From the NCBI GenBank assembly GCA_965249055.1, contig CBDFKX010000002.1, positions 1,936,830 to 2,000,829 of the forward strand: a DNA stretch of 64,000 nucleotides, written 5' to 3'. Origin of the DNA: Candidatus Aldehydirespiratoraceae bacterium (GTDB lineage: Bacteria > Actinomycetota > Acidimicrobiia > Acidimicrobiales > Aldehydirespiratoraceae). Positions 8,627 through 18,896 of the stretch are shown here, piece after piece (the stretch's first letter is position 1; the number at the start of each line of letters is the position of its first letter). Under the pieces are notes generated by a model that was not told where the DNA came from, ran no database searches, and saw only the letters and a list, made by a program, of their open reading frames with translations. The translations under genes and the position numbers were made by a program.

Positions 8627-11071
8627 ATGACTAATTCCCAATCCTTCACCGGCTCGTTCGCGCGCGGTGAGGGCAAAAACGCCACATTCGAGGTTGGCAA
8701 GTTCGCCCCCCTCGCCGGTGGCTCCGTCACCGCAAGTATCGGTGACACAGTTGTACTGGTCACCGCGACCGGAGCAGCGACACCCCGCGAAGGTGCGGAT
8801 TTCTTTCCGCTGACCGTCGATATCGAGGAGCGGATGTATGCCGCCGGCAAAATCCCCGGCTCCTTCTTCCGACGGGAAGCCCGAGCGGGTGAGCAGGCGA
8901 TACTCACCTGTCGCCTCATCGACAGACCGCTTCGCCCCGCCTTCCCTGATGGTTACCGCAATGAAGTACATGTGGTAGGCACCGTTCTCGGAGCGGACCA
9001 GAAGAACCCCTATGACGTTCTGGCTCTCAACGCCGCCTCGTTGGCCCTGTGCCTCTCGCCCGTCCCGTTCGATGGCCCCATCGGAGCAGTCCGCATGAGC
9101 TGGTCGCCAGAAGGCGAGTGGATTCCCTTCCCCACCTATCAAGAGTCCTCCGAATCGGCCTTCGACATGGTGGTCGCCGGTCGACTGAGCGACAACGATG
9201 TTGCGGTGATGATGGTTGAGGCCGGCGGAACCGGCAATTCTTGGACTCTGTACGAGTCGGGCACACCCAAGGTCGACGAAGATGTGCTCGCCGGAGGCCT
9301 TGAAGCGAGCAAGACTTGGATTCGCGAGATGATCGAGTTGCAGCAGCAGGCGGTTGACGCCGCTGGCGACATCAAAAAGATGGAACCCCCGCTCATCGTC
9401 GACCACAGCGACGAAATCTTTCAAGCGGTGCAAGCTGCGGCTACTGAGCGAATCGCCAACACGCAACAAATTGCTGACAAGAGCGAGCGCCAGGCAGCAG
9501 AAGCAGAACTCAGAGAGGCCGTCGTAGCCGAACTGGCTGAGTTCACCGCAAAAGACCCCAATGCCGCCAGACAGATCAAAAACTCCATCCGAGCGATCAC
9601 CAAACAGGTAGTCCGCAAGCGGATAGTCGAAGAAGGCATCCGCATTGATGGACGCAAGACCGACGAACTCCGCAAGGTCACCAGCGAAGTTGAGGTGATC
9701 CCCACAGCACACGGCTCCGGCCTCTTCCAACGCGGGGAGACCCAAGTGCTCAACTTCACGACACTCGGGATGGGTCGAAGCGACATGATGATCGACGACA
9801 TCTCGCCGACAGACAAGAAGCGGTACTTCCATCACTACAACTTCCCGCCTTTCTCCACTGGAGAGACCGGGTTCATGCGAGGCCCCAAACGCCGCGAGAT
9901 CGGGCACGGAGCTCTGGCCGAACGTGCTGTGTTCCCGGTGATTCCCTCCTTCGAGGAATGGCCCTACACCGTGCGAACCGTGTCTGAGGTGATGGCCTCC
10001 AACGGTTCGAGTTCGATGGGTTCGGTGTGTGGATCGACGCTCTCGCTGATGGATGCTGGCGTTCCGATCAAGGCTCCGGTTGCCGGCATCGCCATGGGCC
10101 TTGTTCACGCTGAGGGCGAATACGTCACACTCACCGACATCCTGGGTGCAGAGGATGCCTTCGGCGACATGGACTTCAAGGTCGCAGGCACAACCGATTT
10201 CGTAACTGCACTGCAGCTCGACACCAAGATCGCAGGCATCCCGGCCAACGTTTTGGCGAATGCGCTCGCGCAGGCCAAAGAGGCTCGCCTCGACATTCTC
10301 GATGTGATGGCTGAGGCCATTGCTGAGCCCCGCGAAGATGTGCGTGACACCGCGCCGAAGATCACCACCTTTGAGATCCCGGTCGACAAGATTGGTGAAA
10401 TCATCGGCCCCAAGGGCAAGGTCATCAACGCCATCCAGGCCGAGACTGGTGCCGATATTTCAGTTGATGACGACGGCATGGTCGGCGTTGTGTCGATTGC
10501 CTCGGTTGACAACGCCAAGGTGGCCGAAGCTGAGCGTCAAATCAAGCTGATCCTTGATCCACCCACCGCCGAGGTTGGTGCCACCTATCCGGGCCGAGTT
10601 GTGAACATCACCAAGTTCGGTGCCTTCGTCAACATTCTTCCCGGACGTGATGGCCTGCTCCACATCTCCAAGATTGGTGGCGGCAAGCGGATCGACCGGG
10701 TTGAGGATGTGCTCTCTTTGGGAGACGAATTGGTGGTTGTCGTCGAAGACGTGGATCCCAACGGAAAGATCTCGCTGAAGCCCGAGGGCGCTGCAGACAC
10801 CGACCGCGATCGCGGAGGTCGTGACCGTGATCGTGGAGGTCGTGACCGAGGTGGTCGTGACCGTGGCGGGCCGAATCGTGACCGCAACGACCGCAACAGC
10901 CGTAACGACCGCGGTGACCGCGAATCAGAAGCGTCCGATGACCGCAAGCGCCAGTCGGTTTCGTTCGAGGACGCCTTCGACGCAGAGCTATCCCAGCAGT
11001 TCGACAATCTCGGCCCAGACGCTCCCGCGCGCGGACGAGGTTACGGCTCTGGCGGACGCGGTCGTCGCTAA
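8627..11071 (+). CDS. pnp: Polynucleotide phosphorylase with an extra Arg/Asp/Gly-rich C-terminal tail
   Basis: Two RNase PH domains, then KH and S1 (GRVVNITKFGAFVNILPGRDGLLHIS). AGGAGA precedes the ATG at 8627. A low-complexity tail of about 95 aa follows S1 (DRDRGGRDRDRGGRDRGGRDRGG...GRGYGSGGRGRR). Confidence 0.95.
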   Translation: MTNSQSFTGSFARGEGKNATFEVGKFAPLAGGSVTASIGDTVVLVTATGAATPREGADFFPLTVDIEERMYAAGKIPGSFFRREARAGEQAILTCRLIDRPLRPAFPDGYRNEVHVVGTVLGADQKNPYDVLALNAASLALCLSPVPFDGPIGAVRMSWSPEGEWIPFPTYQESSESAFDMVVAGRLSDNDVAVMMVEAGGTGNSWTLYESGTPKVDEDVLAGGLEASKTWIREMIELQQQAVDAAGDIKKMEPPLIVDHSDEIFQAVQAAATERIANTQQIADKSERQAAEAELREAVVAELAEFTAKDPNAARQIKNSIRAITKQVVRKRIVEEGIRIDGRKTDELRKVTSEVEVIPTAHGSGLFQRGETQVLNFTTLGMGRSDMMIDDISPTDKKRYFHHYNFPPFSTGETGFMRGPKRREIGHGALAERAVFPVIPSFEEWPYTVRTVSEVMASNGSSSMGSVCGSTLSLMDAGVPIKAPVAGIAMGLVHAEGEYVTLTDILGAEDAFGDMDFKVAGTTDFVTALQLDTKIAGIPANVLANALAQAKEARLDILDVMAEAIAEPREDVRDTAPKITTFEIPVDKIGEIIGPKGKVINAIQAETGADISVDDDGMVGVVSIASVDNAKVAEAERQIKLILDPPTAEVGATYPGRVVNITKFGAFVNILPGRDGLLHISKIGGGKRIDRVEDVLSLGDELVVVVEDVDPNGKISLKPEGAADTDRDRGGRDRDRGGRDRGGRDRGGPNRDRNDRNSRNDRGDRESEASDDRKRQSVSFEDAFDAELSQQFDNLGPDAPARGRGYGSGGRGRR

Positions 11072-11118
11072 CCCTTTGGCACACCCACAGGCTCCAGCGG
11101 CTGTACTGTTGTAGAGAT

Positions 11119-12030
11119 ATGCAGCCGTTTCGCAATTTCGGCGAGAGTGACGATCCGTGGTTCCGCGTCGGTCAAGTCGCCGTAACTACCACCGTCATCG
11201 TTTCGGCGATGAGCGTGGCCTACATGTTCGTCTGGGCGTTCGAGGGTTTTGACCGTCCGATTACCACGAAACTCCTGCTAAACGCAGGGTCTCGGCATGG
11301 GACTGTGGGTGGAGGTGAGATCTGGAGGCTGGTGACATGGCCACTTCCGACGGAGCCCTCGCTGTGGACGCTGCTGTTGGTCGCAGTCTTTTGGATGCTG
11401 GGATCACAGCTGGAAGCGCTGATGGGTCGTCGGCGCTTCACGTTCTTTCTCTTGGTGCTAACCGTTGTTCCGGCGCTGGTGATGACGGCGTTGGAGTTCA
11501 CCGACATCTTCGGCTTCGCCTATGGGCTCCGCTACGTCGAACTCGGGATTCTGGTTGCGTTCGCAACCCAATACTCAAGCATCCGCTTCTGGCCAGGGAT
11601 CCCCGCCTGGGGACTAGCGGGGATCATCGTCGGGATGGCAATGCTTCAAGCCATCAGCAACCAGAGAGGCTACGAACTCGTCCTTACCGTGACGATGGCC
11701 TTCCTGGCGCCTTTGATGCTGCGGGCCCTCGGCCACGCTGAACAACACGAATGGATACCTAAGTTCCCACTGCCGGCCAAACTCGGAGGCGGTCCGAATC
11801 ATCGCCCGCCGACCCGACAACGCAAACGTTCCCAACCCCGTCAACGCAGCACTCACCTCTCTTCAGTTCCGCCCCCACCGCCACCCCCAGGCGATGTCGC
11901 TGCCCAGGCTAAGATCGACGCCTTGCTCGACAAGATGGGTGAGCATGGCTTGGAGAGCTTGACCGAAGCCGAACGCCGCACGCTCGAAGACCTCTCCAAG
12001 CGTCTGCGCGACAGGCGGGACCGAAGTTGA
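11119..12030 (+). CDS. Polytopic membrane protein, rhomboid-like; catalytic GxSG/His not evident
   Basis: GEIWRLVTWPL and LEALMGRRRF resemble rhomboid TM2/L1 motifs, and there are several TM helices. The C-terminal tail is soluble, helical and charged. I could not find a Ser-His dyad. Confidence 0.4.
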   Translation: MQPFRNFGESDDPWFRVGQVAVTTTVIVSAMSVAYMFVWAFEGFDRPITTKLLLNAGSRHGTVGGGEIWRLVTWPLPTEPSLWTLLLVAVFWMLGSQLEALMGRRRFTFFLLVLTVVPALVMTALEFTDIFGFAYGLRYVELGILVAFATQYSSIRFWPGIPAWGLAGIIVGMAMLQAISNQRGYELVLTVTMAFLAPLMLRALGHAEQHEWIPKFPLPAKLGGGPNHRPPTRQRKRSQPRQRSTHLSSVPPPPPPPGDVAAQAKIDALLDKMGEHGLESLTEAERRTLEDLSKRLRDRRDRS

Positions 12031-12037
12031 GTCGGCC

Positions 12038-12766
12038 ATGACGCGCATAGGAGTCGTGGGTGCCGAAGGGCGCATGGGCCAGGCGGTTTGCAGCGCGGTC
12101 CGAGACGACCCAGCACTTGAGCTTGTGGCTGCAATCGACATCGAAGATTCACTTGCGGTACTCGTAAAGAAGCAATGTGAAGTAGTCGTTGATTTCACGG
12201 TTGCTTCAGCAGCTCGCCAAACGCTTAGGTTCCTAGCCGCCAACGGAATTCACGCCGTCGTCGGCACGACCGGATTCAGTGATGAGGACCTGGCTCTTTT
12301 TGCTCAAGCATTTACCGAAAGCAACTGTTTGATCGCGCCCAATTTCGCCATCGGAGCGGTGCTGATGATGCGTTTCGCCGAGTTGGCAGCTCCCCATTTC
12401 TCAACGGTTGAGGTGATCGAATATCACCACGACGCCAAGGTAGATGCTCCCTCGGGAACAGCGATTCGTACGGTCGAGCGTATTAGCTCAGCTTCGGCTG
12501 ATTGGGGCGACGACCCCACGCAACACGAGGTCGTGCCAGGGGCGCGTGGAGGTCAAGGACCTGGCGGCGTGAAGGTTCATTCGGTGCGTATGCGCGGCGT
12601 TGTTGCCAATCAGGAAGTGCTGCTGGGTACGACTGGTCAAACCCTGTCAATCCGTCACGACACCATCGATCGCACCTCGTTTATGCCTGGCGTTTTGCTT
12701 GGCTGCAAGCGGGTAGCCGAATTCGAGGGGCTAACCCTCGGCCTAGATGCCTTCCTCGGTCTCTGA
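12038..12766 (+). CDS. dapB: 4-hydroxy-tetrahydrodipicolinate reductase
   Basis: Motifs found: RIGVVGAEGRMGQAV and EVIEYHHDAKVDAPSGTA. Confidence 0.9.
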   Translation: MTRIGVVGAEGRMGQAVCSAVRDDPALELVAAIDIEDSLAVLVKKQCEVVVDFTVASAARQTLRFLAANGIHAVVGTTGFSDEDLALFAQAFTESNCLIAPNFAIGAVLMMRFAELAAPHFSTVEVIEYHHDAKVDAPSGTAIRTVERISSASADWGDDPTQHEVVPGARGGQGPGGVKVHSVRMRGVVANQEVLLGTTGQTLSIRHDTIDRTSFMPGVLLGCKRVAEFEGLTLGLDAFLGL

Positions 12767-13586
12767 GCCAACCGAGTCTGCTGGATTGGGGGAGACGGTT
12801 CAGCCAGAGGGTCAATCACAGAAGCCACCAGCATCGTCGGCGCGCTGGGCGTTCTCGGTGCGCTGGATCCTCTCACACCTCTTTGTTCTGACCATGGTCG
12901 TCACCATGATCAACCTGGGGTTTTGGCAAATACGGCGCCTCGAAGAACGACAGGAGCGAAACAGCGAAATCAAGGCGGTTCTAGAAGCGGAGCCACAAGA
13001 AATCGAGACGTTACTGGCGTTGCCGACGTTGCCGCCAGACCACACAGCAGCGCTTGTCGTTGGCCAATACCTTGATGAGCATTCGTTTCTGGTAGCCAAC
13101 CGGACCTACGACACCGAGCCGGGAAACTGGCTCGTAACCCCTATGGAATTGTCAGATGGAACGGTCGTGGTCATTAGTCGGGGTTGGGTTCCCCGCCTAT
13201 GGGCCGCCGGGGTGCACGAGCATGATCTCAGTGTCCCAGATGGGGAGGTGATCGTCGTCGGCAGGGCCTTCAGCAGTGTCGGCGGGGGAAGTATCGGCAG
13301 CGACGACATTGCCATCCTGACTGAACTGAATCGACTTGATCTTGACCGGGTTTTCGAACTCACCGGTCTTGCGGTAGCGGACCTGTGGGTGCAGTTGGAT
13401 CAACAACAGCCTGCGGTCGCTTCACTGCCAGTGCCGGTGCCGCCAGAGAGCCTCGACGATGGCCCGCATCTTTCGTATGCGTTTCAGTGGTTTTTCTTCT
13501 CGGCGGGAGCCATCGTCGTCTACGGCTTGATCCTGCGCAGGCGTCACCGTGAGCCGCAAAGAGCGCCGCGCGTCGAGCCGCTGTGA
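12747..13586 (+). CDS. SURF1/Shy1-family cytochrome oxidase assembly protein
   Basis: N-terminal TM with GFWQIRRLEERQ, then ISRGWVP, and a C-terminal TM with LSYAFQWFFFS. Confidence 0.8.
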   Translation: MPSSVSEPTESAGLGETVQPEGQSQKPPASSARWAFSVRWILSHLFVLTMVVTMINLGFWQIRRLEERQERNSEIKAVLEAEPQEIETLLALPTLPPDHTAALVVGQYLDEHSFLVANRTYDTEPGNWLVTPMELSDGTVVVISRGWVPRLWAAGVHEHDLSVPDGEVIVVGRAFSSVGGGSIGSDDIAILTELNRLDLDRVFELTGLAVADLWVQLDQQQPAVASLPVPVPPESLDDGPHLSYAFQWFFFSAGAIVVYGLILRRRHREPQRAPRVEPL

Positions 13587-13665
13587 ATCGAGCCCTGTGA
13601 ACAATGACCGGAGCAAAGATCGGAATTGGAAGCCAACTCTTGCTTCGGCGTGGCACGATAACAAG

Positions 13666-14556
13666 ATGCAAGCACGCTTTGGGCGGGTACTCACCGCCAT
13701 GGTCACCCCGTTCCACTCCGACGGATCGCTGGATCTCCAAGGTGCGCAGCAACTGGCCCGTTACCTCACCACCCAAGGCGGTAGCGACGGTCTTGTGATA
13801 GCGGGTACCACAGGAGAAAGCCCGACCCTCACTCACGATGAGCAGATCGATCTGATCTCGGCGGTGACCGAAGCCATCGACAAGCCGGTAGTTGCGGGTG
13901 CAGGTAGCAACGACACTCGCGCCGCGGTGGAGTTGAGCGAACGCGCCACCGAAGTGGGGGCAGCGGGGCTGTTGCATGTAGCGGGGTACTACAACCGTCC
14001 GAGTCAAGCTGGACTGAGAGAACACTTTCGTGCCTGCGCGCAGTCCACTGATCTGCCGATACTGCTCTATGACATTCCAGGCCGCACGGGTCGCAAGATT
14101 GCCACTGAGACCATGGCGGAACTATTCGCCACAGTGCCCAACATCATTGGCGTGAAGGATGCCTCCGCAAACCCTGCCGAGACCGCCAGGTTGCTTGCGA
14201 TTTCTCCCGATGACACTCAGGTCTACAGCGGTGATGACGGACTCACTTTGGCATTGCTGGCTATCGGCGCGGTGGGCACGATCGGCGTGGCTACTCATTG
14301 GATCGGATCCGAAGTGGCCGAGATGATGGAGACATTCTTCGCTGGTGATGTGGACTCCGCCGCTGAGATCAACCGCCGACTGATCCCGTCCTATCAGTTC
14401 GAGACGGGCGACGACGCCCCCAACCCCGTCCCGACCAAGGCAATGCTGCGGGTGATGGGCCTTCCCGGTGGGCCGACGCGCATGCCGATGGGGCCTGAAC
14501 CCGAGGGCCTCCAAACAGAGGCCCAGGCGGTGCTCTCGGCGCTTGGCCGGTCCTGA
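13666..14556 (+). CDS. dapA: 4-hydroxy-tetrahydrodipicolinate synthase
   Basis: Motifs found: FGRVLTAMVTPF..., GLVIAGTTGESPTLT and IIGVKDAS. The ATG at 13666 was chosen over the longer ORF. Confidence 0.9.
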   Translation: MQARFGRVLTAMVTPFHSDGSLDLQGAQQLARYLTTQGGSDGLVIAGTTGESPTLTHDEQIDLISAVTEAIDKPVVAGAGSNDTRAAVELSERATEVGAAGLLHVAGYYNRPSQAGLREHFRACAQSTDLPILLYDIPGRTGRKIATETMAELFATVPNIIGVKDASANPAETARLLAISPDDTQVYSGDDGLTLALLAIGAVGTIGVATHWIGSEVAEMMETFFAGDVDSAAEINRRLIPSYQFETGDDAPNPVPTKAMLRVMGLPGGPTRMPMGPEPEGLQTEAQAVLSALGRS

Positions 14557-14557
14557 T

Positions 14558-16219
14558 ATGGCGGAACCGGTTCGTATCACCTTTCTTGGTGGTCTAGGTG
14601 AGATTGGTCGCAACTGCGCGGCTATTGAAACGAAGGGTCGGGTCGTGGTGCTCGACTGTGGCCAGATGTTTGCCGGGGATGATCTGCCGGGAGTTGACGC
14701 GGTTCTACCTGACCTTGACTGGCTGATCTCCAACGCTGACCGGGTCGATGCGGTGATCGCCACACATGCCCACGAAGATCACATCGGGGCGCTTCCATAT
14801 CTTCTCCGCCACATGTCGCTACCGATCTACGGGTCGGTTTTTACTCTTGGCATGATTGAACACAAGCTTCGCGAGGCCGGCCTGAAAGACCGGGCTGATC
14901 TGCGCAGAGTCAGCGACGGTGATCGCCTCAAGGTCGGCCCATTCGACTGCGAATTTCTGCCTGTTACCCACTCAATTCCTTCAGGCAACATCACCGCTTT
15001 CCACACCGATCAAGGTGTGATTCTTCACTCGAGCGACTTCAAGTTGGACCTGACTCCCGTTGATGGTCGCCGTACAGACCTGTCTCGTATCGGCGCGCTG
15101 GCCAATAATCCGGGAATCCGACTGATGCTCGCAGATTCGACCAACGCCGATCGCCCTGGTGCATCTCGCTCAGAAAAAGAAATTGGCGCGGTCCTCACAG
15201 GCTTGCTGCGCGCCAACGAAAAACGTCGTGTGATCGTCGCTTCGTTCGCGAGCCATATCCACCGACTGCAGCAGGTGGCCGATGCTGCGTTGACCACCAA
15301 CCGGATCGTCGTGCCCGTCGGGCTCTCCATGCGGCGCAATATCAAACTCGCTCGAAAGGTGGGGATTCTCCGCATCCCGGATCACGCGATCAAAGATGTC
15401 GAAGAGGTAGACGACATTGACCCCCAACGAGTATGCGTGGTGTGCACCGGATCGCAAGGAGAGCCTCGAGCGGCGCTCACCCAGATGGCCCTAGGCGAGA
15501 GTCGTTGGCTGAAGCTCGACGAAAACGACACGGTCATATTCTCCGCACACCCGATACCAGGAAATGAGACAGCGGTGGCGTCGGTCCGCAATGGTCTCGC
15601 CCGCCTCGGAGCGCTGGTGATCCACAGCGGGCTCGTCGATGTTCATACCAGCGGACATGGCAAGCAACAGGAACTCAAGACCCTTCATTCGGTTGCGGTA
15701 CCCGATTACTTCGTGCCTGTGCACGGCGAATACTCCCATCTCGTGGCGCATCGTGATCTGGCTCTAGAGATGGGGATGGACCGTGATCATGTGGTTCTGG
15801 CCGAAGACGGGGATCAACTGGAACTGTCAGATTCGGGTTTGGTGCACCTCGGATCGGTCGGCGGGGATCACCTCTATGTCGATGGCACTGTTGGAGATCT
15901 TGGCAACGCGGTGCTCGGTGATCGCCGAGTCCTGGGCAACGACGGCTTTGTCGCGGTGATCGTTCACGTCGATTTTGAACGGCGCGAATTGTTGGCCGGG
16001 CCTGATGTGGTGACACGTGGCTGGGTCGAACAGCCTGCGTTGCGAGCCCACGAGATCGCTGTTGGCGACGCGGTGGAACGCGCAGTGATGAAGGCGTTCG
16101 ACGATGACATTGATGATCTTGCTCGTCTTTCTCAGATTGTGCGCCGAGCTGCTGGGGGCATTATCTCGGAACGAACCAGACGCCGCCCGATGATCGTGCC
16201 GATGGTCCACGAAGGTTGA
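14558..16219 (+). CDS. rnj: Ribonuclease J (metallo-beta-lactamase/beta-CASP)
   Basis: Motifs found: RITFLGGLGEIGRNC and ATHAHEDHIGALPYL. The dapA-rnj synteny is typical of Actinobacteria. Confidence 0.9.
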   Translation: MAEPVRITFLGGLGEIGRNCAAIETKGRVVVLDCGQMFAGDDLPGVDAVLPDLDWLISNADRVDAVIATHAHEDHIGALPYLLRHMSLPIYGSVFTLGMIEHKLREAGLKDRADLRRVSDGDRLKVGPFDCEFLPVTHSIPSGNITAFHTDQGVILHSSDFKLDLTPVDGRRTDLSRIGALANNPGIRLMLADSTNADRPGASRSEKEIGAVLTGLLRANEKRRVIVASFASHIHRLQQVADAALTTNRIVVPVGLSMRRNIKLARKVGILRIPDHAIKDVEEVDDIDPQRVCVVCTGSQGEPRAALTQMALGESRWLKLDENDTVIFSAHPIPGNETAVASVRNGLARLGALVIHSGLVDVHTSGHGKQQELKTLHSVAVPDYFVPVHGEYSHLVAHRDLALEMGMDRDHVVLAEDGDQLELSDSGLVHLGSVGGDHLYVDGTVGDLGNAVLGDRRVLGNDGFVAVIVHVDFERRELLAGPDVVTRGWVEQPALRAHEIAVGDAVERAVMKAFDDDIDDLARLSQIVRRAAGGIISERTRRRPMIVPMVHEG

Positions 16220-16327
16220 GGACCCGGCTGGTGTAGCAACTCATGCACGGCTCGTGAGGGTTCGGGGTGCAGGGGCTCACAGTGGGGTACATGAGGGTGA
16301 CTCACCGCGCTGGTAGCGTTTCTGATC

Positions 16328-18877
16328 GTGGCAGGCAAAGCAAACTCCGCCAAACCAAACTCGAAGAGCGACTCGAACCGCGCTTCGAAGAAGTCGGCTG
16401 TCTCACGTCGCTCGGTTTTCGGCGTTTTGTCGGGCCATCGAAGCGATCTGTGGGGCCTGGGAGCAATCCTCTTAGGCCTTTTGAGCGCGGCTAGTTTGTG
16501 GTTTGGGGCCGCGGGTGTTGTAGGTGTTGCAGTCGACGATGGGCTAGCGGTGGGCGTTGGCCTGATTCGCTTCGTTGTACCGCTCGGTCTGGTTGCTCTA
16601 GGTGTGGCTCTGATTCGCGGAACTGGTGCCGAAGGTGAGTCCGAATGGCCCGCGCGCGTCACGGTTGGTGGGATCTTGCTGCTCATCTCGTTGAGCGGGC
16701 TTCTCCATGTTGTCTCCGAGCGCCCTGGGATCAACGACACAGTCGATGATCTGGGAGCAGCCGGTGGTGTGCTCGGACTCGGCGTTGGTGGTGCACTTCA
16801 CGCCGCAGCAGCGGTAACTGGGAGCCTTTTGATTCTTGGCTTGTTGGGCATCGTTGGAGTCATCGTGCTTACTGGCAGTTCCGCTGGCGCACTGGGCCGG
16901 GGTTTTGTCATGATCGTCCGTCCGCCTCTGAATTGGTTGAAGGGGCAGGTACAGGCGTTGTTCAGTGACCTGTCCAGAACCGAAGCTACCGACACGCATG
17001 TTGAGGTCTCAGAGGGCACTGATTTCGGTGCTGTCGTCGATGGTGCGGTCCTCGTGGCGGACAATGCTCGTGACAAGATTTCCCCCGCGGGCGTGGACAA
17101 CGCAGCTGAGACCACCCAAGGCGGGGTCAACGAAGGGGCCGCCGAAACCGCACCTGAGCCGCCCCGCCAACGCGTCCGCAGACCAAAACTTGAGCCTGGA
17201 GTGGTCACCGAGCAGAAGTTGCCCCTTGAGATGAGCCATTGGACGCTTCCGTCTACGTTGTTGCTGTCTCGCAGCCACAAACAAGAAATCGACACAATCG
17301 ATGTGGTTGAGCGCGGCAAGCGGCTACAGGCAACGCTCTCCCAGTTCGGTGTGGAAACCACCTTGCTTGAACCGATTGTTGGTCCGACCGTCACCCGCTA
17401 TGTGCTCACCCTGGGCGAGGGAGTGAAGGTCACGAAGTTTGAAAGTTTGCGCAAGGACATGGCCTACGCCATGGCATCGCCCGATGTACGCATCCTCGCC
17501 CCGATCCCGGGGCGGCGTGCGCTAGGGGTCGAAGTCCCCAACAACAAACGCGAGATTGTCACTATCGGCGACATCCTGGCCTCAAAAGAAGCACAGCAAG
17601 CCTCCCACCCGCTTGAGGTTGCTGTTGGCCGCGACATCAATGGCCAAAACGTGATCGTCAACATCGCCACCATGCCCCATGTGCTCATCGCAGGGGCCAC
17701 CGGTTCAGGCAAATCGTCGTGCCTGAACTCGTTGCTGTCTTCGATTCTCATGCGCTCAACCCCGGATCAGGTGCGAATGATCCTCGTCGACCCCAAGCGG
17801 GTCGAGATGGGGCAATACGACAAGATCCCTCATTTGCTCACCGCACCGGTCACAGATCCCCGAAAGGCTGCGAACGCGCTGGCCTGGGCGGTGCGTGAGA
17901 TGGACCGTCGTTACGATCTGCTCCACCAGGTGGGTGTGCGCGACATCACCGGCTACAACAAGGCTGTCGACAACAACACCTTGAAGCCTCGGCTCGGAGT
18001 CCTTGACGACAACGGCGAGCCACTCACCTTTAGCCGCTTGCCGTTTGTTCTGGTCGTGGTCGACGAACTCGCCGACTTGATGATGGTGGCAGCCCGCGAT
18101 GTGGAGGAGTCGATAGCGCGCATCGCCCAAATGGCTAGGGCTGTCGGAATCCATTTGGTGATCGCCACGCAGCGCCCTTCGGTGAATGTCATCACCGGTG
18201 TCATCAAGGCCAACATCCCGAGCCGCTGGGCTTTTGCTGTATCGAGCCTCACCGATTCCAGAGTCATTCTCGACCAAGCAGGCGCGGAGCGTTTAGTGGG
18301 AGGTGGTGACCTATTAATGCTGGGCACTACGTCTTCGGCTTTGAATCGAATCCAGGGTTGTTGGGTCGAAGAGTCCGAGGTTCGCGCCATTGTGGGCCAT
18401 TGGCGTGATCAGGCCAAGAAGTTGAAACAGGACCCAACCGTGCCACTTGAGTCTGGCGCTGGAGCCACGCCGGTCGGGTCTGTCCGTTCGCTGGCCACCG
18501 GTAGCGGGATAACCGATTCGCCGCCGCTCGATTCGATAACCGCCACTCAAACCGAAGCAGCGGAGGACGGTGATGAACTTCTCGGCGCGGCGATGGAACT
18601 AGTGATCCAAACCCAACTTGGTTCAACCTCAATGCTGCAACGCAAGCTCCGGGTCGGTTTCGCGCGAGCAGGGCGCATCATGGATCTTCTTGAGCAACAG
18701 GGCGTGGTAGGGCCATCAACGGGGTCCAAAGCTCGAGAAGTCCTTGTCAGCCACGAAGAGTTCGAAGCGCGTCGGCAGACGGGCGGAACCGCAAGCGCCC
18801 ATCTGGGTGACGGACCGAGTTCTGCGGAACGAGGCGCCCATGAGACCGATTTCGATGAGCCCGATACTGACTTTTGA
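16328..18877 (+). CDS. ftsK: DNA translocase FtsK/SpoIIIE
   Basis: N-terminal TM segments, Walker A (LIAGATGSGKSS), VVVDELADLMM, and a C-terminal gamma wHTH (STSMLQRKLRVGFARAGRIMD). Confidence 0.9.
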   Translation: MAGKANSAKPNSKSDSNRASKKSAVSRRSVFGVLSGHRSDLWGLGAILLGLLSAASLWFGAAGVVGVAVDDGLAVGVGLIRFVVPLGLVALGVALIRGTGAEGESEWPARVTVGGILLLISLSGLLHVVSERPGINDTVDDLGAAGGVLGLGVGGALHAAAAVTGSLLILGLLGIVGVIVLTGSSAGALGRGFVMIVRPPLNWLKGQVQALFSDLSRTEATDTHVEVSEGTDFGAVVDGAVLVADNARDKISPAGVDNAAETTQGGVNEGAAETAPEPPRQRVRRPKLEPGVVTEQKLPLEMSHWTLPSTLLLSRSHKQEIDTIDVVERGKRLQATLSQFGVETTLLEPIVGPTVTRYVLTLGEGVKVTKFESLRKDMAYAMASPDVRILAPIPGRRALGVEVPNNKREIVTIGDILASKEAQQASHPLEVAVGRDINGQNVIVNIATMPHVLIAGATGSGKSSCLNSLLSSILMRSTPDQVRMILVDPKRVEMGQYDKIPHLLTAPVTDPRKAANALAWAVREMDRRYDLLHQVGVRDITGYNKAVDNNTLKPRLGVLDDNGEPLTFSRLPFVLVVVDELADLMMVAARDVEESIARIAQMARAVGIHLVIATQRPSVNVITGVIKANIPSRWAFAVSSLTDSRVILDQAGAERLVGGGDLLMLGTTSSALNRIQGCWVEESEVRAIVGHWRDQAKKLKQDPTVPLESGAGATPVGSVRSLATGSGITDSPPLDSITATQTEAAEDGDELLGAAMELVIQTQLGSTSMLQRKLRVGFARAGRIMDLLEQQGVVGPSTGSKAREVLVSHEEFEARRQTGGTASAHLGDGPSSAERGAHETDFDEPDTDF

Positions 18878-18896
18878 TCTGTAGTTTTGGAAATCA

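Noticed and set aside
8546-10108. 520-aa minus-strand ORF
   Set aside because: Antisense to pnp, which is unambiguous. This is typical of long spurious ORFs in high-GC DNA. The same applies to 49358..50518 (minus), 57101..57910 (minus) and 60216..61007 (minus).
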